Shown here in pieces: positions 1-14,850 of a stretch of 64,000 bases of DNA (its first letter is position 1; every line of letters starts with the position of its first letter). The stretch is from the human T2T-CHM13v2.0 reference genome, Homo sapiens. The DNA lies in assembly GCF_009914755.1 (NCBI RefSeq), contig NC_060931.1, one strand, 5' to 3'. Below the pieces are notes generated by a model. It had not been told where the DNA came from, made no database searches, and saw only the letters and a program-made list of their open reading frames with translations. A program made the translations under genes and the position numbers.

Positions 1-556
1 TGACACTTGTCCATTTTTGGCTACCCCTCCTCTAAAATCTATGTTTAAGGAATTCCCCACAACCTGGTCTTGGAGTGAAACAAAGTGCATCTTCCATCAT
101 AAACACACAAAAGCCCAAGCTTGCTTACTGTGTGGGGGACAACCTCAGCTTCGCCCATCAGATGCATGCACTCTGAACTCTGATCGGGGAGCTAAGGACT
201 CCAAGCACAAGGGTGACAGAGCACCACAGAAGGCTCCCTCAGCAGCAGTGGTAACTTCTGGTTACCTAAGGTGGCGGCAGTAGTAGTGGCAGTGGTATGG
301 CCAACATCCACTTCTGCTGGCAGCAGAGCAAGACCTGGTGTTCTGTGTTTAGCAGCAGCTGTGGTGGTATCTTCACAAAACTATCTTTGAAGAGTGATTC
401 TGGAGAGATTTTGGCCACAATCCCAGCTGCTGTCTAGCTTTGTTTATTTCTGCTCCCTTTCCAAGTCTCATTCTCCAGCCTTCCTGGCTCATCTTGGAGT
501 TGCCCAGTACCCTTTCAATAATTCCTTCTCTGCAACTTTGAACCCTGATTGTTACA
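1..556 (+). mobile_element. Old ERVL/MaLR-class LTR fragment
   Basis: 3' end resembles ERVL/MaLR LTR termini (caataattccttctctg...aaccctgattgttaca); family uncertain. Confidence 0.4.
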
Positions 557-859
557 TACATATATTTATGTAAAATCTAGTAATAATTGTTAATCTTAGC
601 TTTTAATTCTGGCAGTCCACAGTGAAGTTTGGAGTCTTACATTATTATTATTACTATTGAAGTTTCAACCCACATTGTATCACTTATCTTGGTCAATTAT
701 ATAACAAACTTAACTGTCTATCAAGAGTTTTTATTTTTTAAAGAAAAAGCAAAATTGACTGGATTGCATGCCCTGAAGCAAGGCTACCCAGATCTGGGAA
801 AAGTTAGTTATTGGATCTACACATTTGTTTCCCATAAATCATCCCAAAGCGCAGTACCT

Positions 860-1380
860 AAAACAACAACCATTATATGAGTTCTCTTAGTTGAGCAGAT
901 TGACTGGGGCCCAGCTGTAAGGTTCTTCTCTGGACTGCCTTGGGTTCTCTCCTGTGGCTGCAGTGGGATGGCAGCTAGGGCTGGAGCATCCGGAATGGCT
1001 TGCCTCATCTGTCTGGTGATTTGGTGGGGACAACTGGAAGCCTGGACTCAGCTGGGAGATGGGCATGGCTCAGTTCCTCTCTCTGTTTCTGTGTAGTCTC
1101 AGAGATTCCCCCTCTCCATGTAGATTTTCCATGTGATTTCTTCATCAGGGTAGGCATACCTCTTACATGGTTACTTGGGGCTCCCAAAAGCATGAAAGTA
1201 GAAGCTATCAAGCCTTTTTAAGGCCTAGACCCAGGACGAGCATAGTATCACTTCTGTCACTTTCTTAAAGCAAGTCACAGGGCTAGCCCAGATTTAATGT
1301 AGGAGAGGACTAAATAGAGGCATGAATGACGGGAGGCATGTTTCATTAGGAGTTATCTTTGGAATTTAGTCACCACTATA
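860..1380 (-). mobile_element. MLT1-family (MaLR) LTR
   Basis: Characteristic MLT1 antisense motifs (ctcagctggg, tcttacatgg, atcacttctgtcac...agcaagtcacagggctagcccagatt). Confidence 0.65.
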
Positions 1381-1446
1381 CTTAAACTTCAGCCTCCAGT
1401 TATGTGCACCCAACGCAGTGCCTCATACAGTAGACATTCCATCTAT

Positions 1447-1960
1447 TTGTCAGAATGCTTTCAGTGCAAGGAGCAGAAACTTAATTCAAATGATTTAAGC
1501 CAATAAAGGAAATTTCTTGAATCATGAAGCTAAGACTTTCAAGGGCTGGTTGGCTTTAGGCTTGCTTTAACCAAGGATTCAGACCGTATCAGCAAGATCG
1601 CTTCTTTTCTTCCTCCAACTCCTGCTTCTATTTGCATCTGCTTGTCTTTATAACTACATAGCCTGTCTCCCCACGATGGCAAAGTAGTAGCCCAGACTTA
1701 TACTCATAGCTGGAAATCTTAGGGAAAGGGAAATCTCTCTTCCAGAATCCACGGAAGGACTCTTGATGGGCTCTGTCTATTTCTGAGCCAATTCCTGTGG
1801 CCCAGAGGAATGCAGCATTCTGATTTGACAATTTCAAATCACCCACCTGCACCTGTGGTGAAAAGTTGCTCAGTGTAATCTGGATCTAGAAGAACATTTT
1901 CTAGAGAAAAGGAAGGTTTGGTTACCAAAAGAAGAGGGATAGATACTAGATAAACAAAAA
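1447..1960 (-). mobile_element. MLT1 (J/K/L-like) LTR
   Basis: Starts tgtcagaatgctttcagtgcaagg...cagaaac; ctctgtctatttctgagccaattcctgtggcc resembles old MLT1. Confidence 0.55.
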
Positions 1961-2794
1961 CGAGATAATCCCTAAGCCCAATAGCAGTTTGCTGAATGAA
2001 TAAAATGTAGCTTATAAATGAGTGGTGCAGACACTACCATACTGAGTTTATTAGGTGTCAAAGAAGATAGACATTTAAAAACAATGCTGTTATGGAAAGA
2101 TATTTTTATGGAAAGAGGTAGAAGTGCTGCTGGAACATTATTCAAAGTGGGTTGAAATCGTTAGAGAAAATGTTGTAGAAGCAGTTTTTGAACTGTACTT
2201 TGAAAAAGGTAAGATTTAGAAGGAAGGAGGATTTTATAGGCAGAGCAAACGTTGCTTTCTTAAAAAACAAATGGTGTTAATAAAAGAGAAGGTTACAGAG
2301 TATAATTTTAGGATGTTTCTGATCCTCTGAAACTATACATGTAAGAAAATCAAGAGTTTGGTTGTTACAGTATGTTGAACTATATAGTTACAGATTTAGT
2401 TGGTTCCAAAAAGATTTTTTTTAACCTGTATATGACAAATGGGTGTTTTAGTGATTAAGGGGGGGGATTCACACAAAAATAAAACTATCAAGGTGATTGC
2501 TATCAAGGAAAAGAAAACTCCTTTAAAAATATATAGTATATTCATTTTTGTTGTCCTTTGTCACTTTAACAGTAGATGCTGAAATTACCAGAAATAACAG
2601 TAATCTGTATTTATAGTCCTCCTGTGAATCTGAAGGTTTCCATAAATGTAAATTAATTTGGTTCTACTCTCATGAACTGTGGAGGAAACAGAAGCGAAAT
2701 ATTCCCAACTACCCCATCCGCACTTCTGTCTGAGAAAGACAGTGAAAGAAGGACTGAGAATATGAGGAAAAAAGCAGCAAAAACTGAATTGGCT

Positions 2795-3118
<324 letters not shown>

Positions 3119-3244
3119 TCATGGGGTTAGTGAAGGAGAAAGAAGCAGAGCTCAGAGACGGGATTTGAATTTGGTAAGAATAGAGTCCTGGTTGGCTCAG
3201 ATCACTAGATCGTACTGTCAGAAGCTCAGAAAGTCTTAATTGAG

Positions 3245-3375
3245 TAGGACCTTAGAGATGGTATCTTCTAGCCCCTTCGTTTATCAGGCTGGAGACTTGC
3301 TCTGAGAGATGGAGTAACTGGCCACAAATGATCCAGATAGGGCTAGAACCCAGATTTCTGAACTCGTTTTTCTGG
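3245..3375 (-). mobile_element. MIR fragment
   Basis: ggaccttagagat...gggctagaacccagatttctgaactc resembles MIR core. Confidence 0.5.
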
Positions 3376-4623
3376 GCTCCCTCCTGGAGCTCTCAACACC
3401 CCTTACAGACTCATGTCAGGAGCTCTCAGCCTTATTCACATTCTCCCTGGGAAGAGTGATGCCCTAGGGCAACGATAGGCAACCCAGGAAGATGATTACT
3501 AGAATCCTCTGGAGGAGGAGGGTCATTTTGTGGTGTGTTTCTGATACAATCCTAAGAGTATCATGTTAACCCCATTAACCATAATATCCACCTTCTCTAA
3601 TACTAGAGTAACATTGCTGTGGACACATCTTTACAAACAAAAATTACTATGTGATGATAATTATGACTTCTGTTCACATACTCAAGTCCTTGTTGCTAAG
3701 TAAATGCAGAAAGATTATTAGTTTTATTAGCCTTTGATATTGAAATTGTCATGTTCTCTCTTAGCTATGAAGACCTGCTCTGCCCACATCAACTTGGTTA
3801 TTTTTTCGTAAGGAAATTAAAGTAGAAATTATAACACAATTACTATCAAAATTCTACTAAACTATAAGTCGAAACAAAATATAAGAACCGCAATTATGTG
3901 AGAATAACATGTGGGAAACTGTTCCTGCTGCTGAGATGCGTAAAGTGAAGTCTTTGGAAGAAGGCATGGAGTTACTAGGTAGCCGCAGTGTGGAGGGTGG
4001 CTGGACTTCTCTGTCGCTAGCAATGGGCATGGTGCCATTGCCAATGCTTGGAAGATGAGTGTCTTCACCTAACTTGTTAAGTGCCAACTAGTCTTCTGCC
4101 TCCAATGAAGATTTCTCCTTTGTGTGCACAGGTTCTTCTACTGAGCCCCAGGAGTTTAGGGTCATCATGTGCCCTTAAAGTGTGGAGTGATAAGAGAGAA
4201 TCTCTATACCTCTGACCAATTTGGAGGAAAGCAGAGATTTAGTGTTGGGGCCACTTACACGTAATCTTCTTTTTCTCACTTTTTCGCTGAGAGGAATGTG
4301 GTCTAATCTAGACACCTACTGGCTGCCTTGAAAGAGCATTCTCAGCTATACTGGCAGATCTAGCAAAGAGATGTGAAAGGATCCTCAGGTGGCCCCTTCA
4401 GGGGTCTTTCTGAGGAGTCAGGAGGAACCAGCCATTGTGATGATAAGACACCCACCCAGGTGGTTTTCTCTTAGTGTGATAAAGGAAGCTGACCCTGTCG
4501 AGGCCAAGATGTTCACCCAGTGGGTTATCCTTCTTATGCAGAGGGATGACGTACCCTCAGTATCCAAAACATTCTAATGTCTTCATTGTCTGTTTACATT
4601 ATGCCTCCTCCTCACTGTGGGAG

Positions 4624-4888
4624 TTCCAAGAAGTTTTGCGTCTTTCCCTATAACTTTTATAACTTTTGCCACCACCCTGACTGATCTCCTACAACATACA
4701 ACATGGGTAAACCTCAAAAACATTGTGCTAAATGAAAGAAGCCAGTCAAAAGAAACCACGCACTTTATAATTTCATTCATATGAAGGTCCAGAATAGGGA
4801 AATCTATAGAAACAGAAGTAGATTAGTGTTCACTTTAGGGCTGGATGGAGAATAGCGGGGAAGGGGATGAGCACTAAAGGATATAGGG
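4624..4888 (+). repeat. Local duplicate (copy A) of 6306-6570, spanning an LTR22/L1 junction
   Basis: Manual alignment: ~13-14 differences in 265 bp (~95% identity). Confidence 0.95.
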
Positions 4889-4905
4889 TTTCTTTTTGGT
4901 GGTCT

Positions 4906-5254
<349 letters not shown>

Positions 5255-5631
5255 TAGCCTTTTCTTAGGCTCTTACATATCTTTGGAACCATCCACTATT
5301 GGGAGCTTCTCTCCACTGCTTTCTAAAATGAGAATAGCCATGTACAAGCATATGATTTAAACTGTTTCAATATCTGGAACGTTTCCTAAAGAAGTCACTT
5401 GCTTGAGGTTATAACAGATTGGCAAGGGGTCAGTCATTCCATTCATACATCAAATATTTATTGAATAAATGTGAGAGCTAGTCATTCCTGGAGCTACAAA
5501 GATAAAAATATGATTCCTATTTTTACACAGTATAGCACAGTAGACCTCAGTAATGGGAGCAGAACTTTGTGATAAGAATTAAGAGAGGGAAAGCATTAAG
5601 GTAAGAAAGGAGGTTAAAACCTCGTAAGATG

Positions 5632-6715
5632 CCCTCCTAGGTATATACCCAAGAGAAATGAAAAGCATGTGTCCACACAGAGACTTACATACAAATGTTT
5701 ATAGCAGTAGGTAGTATTCATAATAGCCAAAAGGTAGAAACAACTCATATGTCCATCAATGATGAGTGGATAAACAAAATGTGGTATATCCATGCAGCAG
5801 AATATTATGTGGCCATAGTGGACTTGAAGTACTGATACGTGCTACATGCTGCCAAGTCTGTCCTGCAGACTCTGGCCAAGCGACAGATGGAAGAAGTTCA
5901 CTGGCACAGGTATTTTGCCTAACAATGCGGCTAGAGGACCCCACAGCTTAGCACCGCTGATGAGAGTGCAGTGCAGCCACAGCAGCCCCCATAAGGTGGA
6001 GACACTTGCATTTATTTCGTACAGATTTAATGACAAAGGCTTGGAGCAAATACACTTTGTGGGTAATAAACCTTGTTGACCCGCACCCCCCCTCTGCCCC
6101 CCCAGCTCACCCCCCCGCCCCGAGTAGAGAGCAGTCCTGCACACGACTGATCAAAGGTTGGTTTCTGGAGAGAGTAAACAAATTTATCTAGATAAGTCTC
6201 TTTACAGTCCTTTGTTATCGACCCTTTGCTGTCAGGCTCCCAATAAGAGAATTTGGCTGCCTTCAGCCAAATTTTCTTTTGAAGCTTTTGCAAAACCTCC
6301 TGGCCTTCCAAGAAGTTTTGCATCTTTCCCTATAACTTTTATAACTTTTGCCACCACCCTGACTGATCTCCTACAACATACAACACGGGTAAACCTCAAA
6401 AACATTGTGCTAAATGAGAGAAGCCAGTCAAAAGAAACCACACACTTTACAATTTCATTCATATGAAGGACCAGAATAGGGCAATCTATAGAGACAGAAG
6501 TAGATTAGTGTTCACTTTAGGGCTTGATGGAGAATAGCGGGGAAGGGGATAACAGCTAAAGGATACAGGGTTTCTTTTTGAGGTGAAGAAATGTTCTGAA
6601 ATTCATTATGGTCCTGGTTGTATATATCTGTAAATAGATTAAAAGCCATTGAATTTTACACTTTAAATTGGTGATTTGTATGGTATGTGAATTATATCTC
6701 AATAAAGCTGTTTTT
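5632..6715 (+). mobile_element. L1MB-like 3' end, split by LTR22
   Basis: ctcctaggtatatacccaagagaaatgaaa... through gaattatatctcaataaagctg; continuous across the LTR insertion. Confidence 0.85.
5850..6375 (-). mobile_element. LTR22-family solo LTR (HERV-K HML-5)
   Basis: Minus strand begins TGTAGGAGATCAGTCAGGGTGGTGG and ends ...GGACAGACTTGGCA; 6-bp TSD ACATGC (5844-5849) / ACATAC (6376-6381). Confidence 0.8.
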
Positions 6716-9700
6716 TGAAGAAGAAAATAAGAGCAAAAACTGAGAGCAGTGGTAGGGAATAGCAGAGAGTTTTTGGTTTTGTTTTGTTTTTGTTCTCTCT
6801 GTTTCTCTAAAAGGGGAAACATTTTTATGGGTTATGGAAAGACAGACGCAAGGTTTATAACCCTGCCTGGAAGTAAGGAAATGGTTTTGGTAGTCTTGGT
6901 GATTTTAGTGTCATTACTATCATCACTGTTGTTATTAAGAGTTGATTGTGGAGCTAACTAGGACTAAGGAGCTTCCAGGTAGAGGAGGAGTAGATTACAC
7001 TTGGGAGGGTAGAGACAAGTATTACTAGTTCAGAATCTGACACCTCCATCCAGCTGGAAGAAGACTTGCTTATGCTAGAAAAGGAACTATGCTGCCATAA
7101 GCTACTGAAGAAATAGCAATTCCAAAGTTAGAATGGATGCATCCAAAGAAGAGAAGGAAACTTCTATGCAAGTGAATCTAAGACTCCATTATAAACCCAT
7201 GAAGTTAAGAAGAGCTAAAGAAGCATACAGAATTATTTTGTTTGCAACAAAGTTTTTTTTGTAAGTTTTCATTTGTTGCTGAATCTCTCTCAGTTGTGGT
7301 TATTTTAATAAGCAGTGAGTTTGTAAAGTCCTGGTTTAAAATACTAAATGTCTGATCTCCCTATTAACCCCAAGCATCTGAGATTGTAAATCATGACTCT
7401 TTGTTGCCACCTGATGACAACAAAGAGTACAGCCCTTCTGGAAATACTAGCCTTTCTAGAAACAAATTAATTTCTTGAAAGCTGAAATTAGCAATCAGTG
7501 ATTCAGAGATGTTGACAAAGGCTTTTTATAAGTTCCTTGACCTTGATATGAGAAAGAGGCCTCTTGTCATAGGCATCTTAACGCATACTGAAGTTTTTTC
7601 TTATAACTACATTACCTAGAAAGCAACATCCTCCATATTGAAAGTGATTTTCAATATATTACACTAAAGCATTCAGTGTGTATTGCCCTAAGTCTGTCAA
7701 CAGTTTCTCCTGCAGTTGTCGCTGATGTCACTGTCCAGTGGCTGCTTCTCTCATGTCTGAACAGCTGCAAGCCTGTTCTTACTGTTGCTGCTGTCATCAC
7801 CATCACACACAAACTGTTGCCCCTGCCACCATCTTCCTGCTGCTAATGGGACTGATTGGCACCTCTCCACACCACATCAAGGTGCAGGAGCTATTTCCCC
7901 TGCCAGGCTCAGAGCCATCTGACACCTCTTACTGCCACCATTCATTATCACCCTCACAGCAGTGAAGCCAACAGGAACTAGCTCAGTCCTGAGCTGGGGG
8001 GCCTCACTGGTGAAGGGAGTGCGGTGGCCACCTTTCTGCCTGCAGAAGCAGCTGGGCCTCTCAGACTGGACCTGGGGACTCAAAAAATTCTGTACTTTTA
8101 GGGGTCAGCACATTAGAGCCCCAGCATGTCTCTTCTGTACTGGTTACTGGAGATGAAAGCAATTAGAAAATTATTCTGTTTAGGAGAGTGGACAGCACCA
8201 ACAGCTTCCTCCTCACCATGTGCCTGCATAGGTAACAAATAAGCAATATTCTGCCCCTTCCTGACCACTGGGCAAAGATTAATGCCATGCATTGAAAGTT
8301 ATTTTTAAATGTCCTCAATTAGCTATAATATTTTTAACAAAGCTTGTAAGGTTTAGGTAATGTGTAGGGTATAAGATGGCAGACTCATTACTGTACTTTC
8401 ACAGAGAAACAAAAAGGAATAAATCCACAACTGAGAAAGAATAGGAGGATTTACCAATAAATAAATGACAGCAACTTTCTGGATGATAGGAAGAAGATGG
8501 AACATTGTTAATGGATAAAGTAGTTGGGGAAAAGGAAACCCTCAGTCTGGAATGTGCAACGAGGACCTCGGAGAAGTTCCATGTTCATAATCAGCAGTTC
8601 AAAAAAAAAATGTCAGAGTGCCAAGAGAAACCGAAAATAGAGACTAATGAAAATTTTCTAGACATAAAAATATATATCCTACAGGACTATTTTCTTCACC
8701 CCTCCAAAATGTTGGTATCCAGAAGTTGTTCTTGAAAGAGCCATCCTAGGAAATATTTAGGGAAAGTCAAGACTTCTGGTGTGGATGTCAGAGGACCAGA
8801 ATAAAACATTCATTTTAGCACTGGAGGGAGAGGTCCCAGCCTGACAGTTGGCATCCCACCTGCTCATCCTAAAGAGAAACCCACCTGTTAGCACCTTCTG
8901 CACCACCCCACATAACACTCCCAGGAACTCCCTCCCTCTAAGAACCTTTTTAGAAACATGATCTTGCCTATACTTAGAGGCCCAAGATCCAATTGGAGTC
9001 CGAGGAAAAGAGAACAGAGAATGAAGGGGAGGGGAAATTACTGAAGAACTAGTAAAAATGCTTTTCTAGAACTCAGGAAGGGCCCAAGTCTTCATATTAA
9101 GAGCCTGTTGGGTGCCCAGTTCAGTGAATGAAGAAATAGCCTCACCTAAAACACAGCCTCATGAATTTTCAGAATGCCAAAAGTAAACTTATAAAAGCTC
9201 CAGAGAGAGGGGCATAAAAAAAAGTCAGCTGGTATCAGACTTATGATCAATAGCACTAAGTGCTAAGAAATAATGAAGCATTCTTTCTCAGCTCCAAGGT
9301 AGAATGATTTCAACCTAGAATTAGACATCCAAACAGTGTATCGGCCAATTTTGAGGGTGCAATAAGGGCATCTTCAGATTTATAAAGACTTGGAAAGTTG
9401 ACTTTTCATGCTCTTCTTTCTAGGGAACTTTTTGAGAATGCATTTAAGCAAAGCGAGTAAATAAACCACAAAAATCAGAAAACGTCGTGTCTAAAAGAGA
9501 CTTGATCCAGCTCAGAACAGTGAAAAGGTAACCATGAAGCAGGCTTAGAGAGGAACCAGTCCAAATTGGGATAATGAGATACAGCTGTTCTGGAGAAAGT
9601 TCTCTGGGTGGGAAAAGACTCAAGAAAATAGGTAGTATGATGGAGAGGTTGAAAAAGAACCTAAGATGTGAAAAACTCAAGTAGTACAAGAGAAAGGAAA

Positions 9701-9804
9701 GGCAATTGGAAATTTTTAGGAAAAAAAGCAACTATACAGGAAATGTGTGGCCTGCATGCAAAGTGAACTTCTAGAAGCACCCTCTTTGAGAGGCCTCAAG
9801 GCTG

Positions 9805-10179
9805 TGATATAGTTAGGCTTTGTGTCCCCACCCAAATCTCATCTTGAATTGTAATCCCCATAATCTGTACATGTCAAGGGAGAGACCAGGTGGAGGTAAT
9901 TGAATCACGGGGGCAGTTTCCCCCATGTTTTTCTCGTGATAGTGAGTTCTCATGAAATCTGATGGTTTTATAAGGAGCTCTTCCCCCTTCGATCAGCACT
10001 TCTCCTTCCTGCAGCTTTGTGAACAGGGTGCCTTGCTTACCCTTCACTTTCTGCCATGATTGTAAGTTTCCTGAGGCCTCCCCAGACATGTTGAACTGTG
10101 AGTCAGTGAAACCTGTTTCCTTTATAAATTATTCAGCCTTGGACAGTTCCTTATAGCAGTATGAAAACGGACTAATACA
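9805..10179 (+). mobile_element. THE1 (C/D-like) solo LTR
   Basis: tgatatagttaggctttgtgtccccacccaaatctc...ggactaataca; 5-bp TSD GGCTG/GGTTG. Confidence 0.9.
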
Positions 10180-10389
10180 GGTTGTAAGTGACTGATAGAG
10201 AAGGAAATATAATCCTTAGCATCACTGGCCAAGCACTATTTGTGTATATGTGATGGCGTAAATGCTTTTTATTGTTTTTCGTGAATCATCATGCAAACAA
10301 AGCATGAAAGACTCCATTGTGTTTGCAGGATAGTATGTAAATGTTTATCTTCACCCAGCAAAAGTAAGAATGTAGCTGAGAGAAAATAG

Positions 10390-10847
<458 letters not shown>

Positions 10848-10984
10848 TAGGTAGTTAATTTAAATTACAAAGAACAGCATTTTCACACAAAAATGCTAAA
10901 ATATAACCATAAAATACTAGAAGAAGGAGAGCAGTATTACAGATGAGCCATATCTTTGTCTTCCACATCAGGAGATTTATCTTT

Positions 10985-11400
10985 TAGGATACTTTTAACT
11001 GCGTGTAACAGAAAACACTGACTTAAGTGACTTTAAACTTTTTTTTTCAAGTTTTCTCTCATCTAATATGAAGTCCCAAGGTAGGGTGGCTTGTGGGTGG
11101 GCTAATTCAGTAGCCCATTGATGTCATGAAGAACCCACGTTCTTGCCATCTCTCTGCTCTTCCTTCCTTAAGGTGTGTTGGCTTCATCCTCTGAAGCTAC
11201 TCCTGTGGTACAGGGTTGCCTGCTGAGTTTCCAGGCATCACAGAGACACATTGGAAGAAGAGTGTTTCCTTCTGGGCTTTATCTTCATCAGCAGGGAAAC
11301 ATTTCCTAGCAGTTCCTCAGCTGACTTCCTCCCATGTCCTGTTGGCCAGAACTTGATCACACATTCCCCCTAAACTAGTAACTGGCAACGGAAATGGAGA
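10985..11400 (-). mobile_element. MLT1 (J-like) LTR
   Basis: taacagaaaacactgacttaagtgactttaaac...ttggccagaacttgatcacac resembles antisense MLT1. Confidence 0.6.
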
Positions 11401-11723
11401 GCTGCTTTCTTACGGCCACTCTTCAGCAGATTTGATTTGGTGGAAGTCCCTGGAAATAGCAATTTGTATCTCAGCATGAACCTAAGACTTAAACGTGACA
11501 ACTGTTAATCTCACCTTTCCCTTAATTGATAAGTGTTCATACCAGTAGACCTATTACAGACAAGTTGTCTGTGCTGCCCCTGTATGAGTTTAATGACAAA
11601 CGTAATTCAGAAAAAAAGGCCACGGTGACTTTCTAGTTTCCTTGATCAGTAATTTTCCCTTGAGATATAGAAAGAGAGCATCCTTCTCTCCAGCTTATGT
11701 ATCATACCAAAATCCTCAGAGCT

Positions 11724-12170
<447 letters not shown>

Positions 12171-12224
12171 TCACTTCTCAAAGTTTCCTTGTTTTGCTTG
12201 GTGAGGTGGAAACAGAATGCAAAC

Positions 12225-12390
12225 TAGAGCTTGAATCCCACATTTTACTAGTAGCTGCTTAGCCCCCAGTAGTTTTTAACCTTTTAATACTTCGGTTACC
12301 TTACCTATAAAATAGAGATGATTTCTTTACACTTTAGGGTGGTTGTAGATAAAATGAAACTACAAGTAAAATGCCCAGTACAAATAGAAG
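12225..12390 (+). mobile_element. MIR
   Basis: cttgaatccc...cttacctataaaatagagatga...agggtggttgtagataaaatga. Confidence 0.6.
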
Positions 12391-14659
12391 GGGGAGATTA
12401 GTGATTATTTATTCATTCTTATTCTTCCTATTGTAATGTGTAAGAGGATTCTAGCACTTAGTTTCCCAGTTTTTATATTTTTGATAGTAGCTTCATGTTA
12501 TTGAAAAGTGAGTCAAATTAGGGGGCAAGGCAGAGGAATTTAATTCTCATTTTAAACAGCAATATAGTAACAAGAGGAGAGATGAAAGGCAGCAAGGATA
12601 AAGACCGAAGGTACAAGATATCAGTGGTTTTGACGAAGTTTTCTCAATCAAAGACTGCAAGCTGCTCCCACGTTGCCCAGATCCGGATCCTACAGAGCTC
12701 CATTGAAGGGGATTTCAGTGGAATGGTTTCCTCACAGAAGGAGACCAGGGTGACTTTATTTCTTCACTGAAACACTTTGATTATAAAAAGAAATCAGATG
12801 ATCAAAAAGCATGAGATGATGGGTGAAATATGTTATATGATTATAATTCAATAATAATTGAATTTCTCTAGCATTTTTCCCTTGTGGGAGGCTCAGAGAA
12901 GTTCAGATGTATTATCTGAATTCGTTTCGGCATACATTGGTGGAGAGGGGCCCTGTGTTAGGCTTTCCATTCTTCACACCCTACCCAGGCCATGAGACCG
13001 GAGCAATGTTCCTGTAGCTTTGGTACCCGTGGCTTTATAAACATGAACGTGAACATTTTAGGCACAATTTAGAAGGGGATTATCCGCATCCCTCCTCAGG
13101 GAGAGTCCTTGAGTAGAAGTGTCATCTTTCCAGTTCCTTCTGAATCCCCTTCGAGCAATTGCTCTAGGTTCAAACAGTTCATGAAACAGAATGCCACAAT
13201 GAAACTGAAGACTTCCTATGAGTTTTTACAAGTTCTTATTTCCCAGTGATGTCCCAGGAGTTCTTGATAAAAAGGACCTTTTTTCTTTCTAGTATTCCAA
13301 TTATAAGATAGCGATCCTCAGCATCTTGCTACTCACCAACTCAGGTGTTCTCTGATTCTGATCCCGGGGAGTTTTTTCAAAATGCCTAGAACTGTGAATA
13401 ACAAGGTGCAAACATAGATAACTTATCTTCCACTGTTTACCTTTAAAAGGTCAAGACCCAGTGCAATCTAGGCCCCCTATACCTACTATGGACCACTCAG
13501 TAGAACAGACATCACATTTCCTGAGGCTAGTCTGAGAAGCATGGGCTAAGGAGTCGCAGTATCGATTGTATAAGGATTAGCATATCTGGCAGATGGGAAC
13601 TGTCTGAACTCATTCAACTGAGAGGCATCTGCATCAGGCGGATTGGCATTGCTGAACTTTCACACGGCAAATTGAGGATTTTAACATGCAGCCCAACTTC
13701 TCCTGTGGAGATCCAGTGAACACATAAAAAGGTTTCAGTCTTTATGAATTCCTGGATATATTAGGCATTACAGAATAAAAATATTTTCCCAAGTGCTGTA
13801 TTGATACTCTAGGCACCTATACTTAACATTTATGTTCTTCGGGAACCACTCCATGTAGTCAGATATTCAGGGATTGTTGGACTCTCGTTTCTTTTATATA
13901 TCCTTTAATTGCCTTAGACTGCTGAGCTTCATTATGTGGGTCAATTAGTCTTTTTTGAGAAATCACTTCTAACACACTAATTTTATTCTCTATTGCTTCC
14001 TTCTGATTCCTCATCTCTTTCCCAGTCTCCACCCTCTAACTCATTCTCATTTTTATTTTACTTCTCCTGTTTATTTACCTTATGTTCCTTCGCTATCCTC
14101 CACGGCCCCATGCCCTCATCTTCCCAGAGAGTGCTTGAGGCCTAGACCAAGCAGAGCAGCCACACCACAGGCTGCTCCCAGTCTGTGTCACTTACCATTG
14201 GCAGTAACTAGGGGCTCTTGGAGCATCCCTGAGCTATCAGTTGGAAACAAGCTCTTCCTAGGTCTTGACTAGGTCTAGGTCAGGATGCTGAGAATCAAGA
14301 TGAATGGAAGTTTGCTTACCTAGCAGTCTCAAAGCACTCCAAATGCACATGTAAAGAGATACCCATGTGTGTCTACATGGTAAATCCCATAACCTGTGTT
14401 CCCACTTCTGGAGATCCTGAGGTTTCTGCCTTCATTTTCCTTGGGGGAACATGGAAAGGTCCACTCACCTTTACTTTGTTCCCCTCTCCTGCTTCTGTGT
14501 ATGGTCTGAGTTGACATCTTGCTTAATCAGAAATAGAAATGGGTGAAAGATTGCTATATGAGGCCATAATGATCAATAGATATAGATAATAGATAAATGT
14601 ATATGTACTCACGTAGGTATGGTATACACCTACGTAAGGAGTATAGGAGTATAAACCAT

Positions 14660-14850
14660 GTACTCCTAACTTGGAGTGCATGATAAAGCTTCAGGGAGTG
14701 CATAATAAACCTTGGAGTGCATGATAAAGCTTCAGGGAGTCCATAAACCCCCAAAATTATATGCAAAATCTGTGTTTATATAGATGTGAATTTTTTCTGG
14801 CAAGATAGTCCATGATTTTACCAAATTTTGAAAAGGTGCTGTGAGATTCT
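14660..14850. mobile_element. hAT-Charlie-type DNA transposon fossil with internal tandem duplication
   Basis: cttcagggagtccataaaccccc-aaaattatatgcaaaat...gtccatgattttaccaaattttgaaaagg resembles Charlie-group MERs; 30-bp exact repeat at 14670-14699 and 14711-14740. Confidence 0.5.

Noticed and set aside
7405-7420. CTCF-like motifs (TGCCACCTGATGAC here; similar near 48132 and 49501)
   Set aside because: Mismatches in the core; not supportable without PWM scoring or ChIP.
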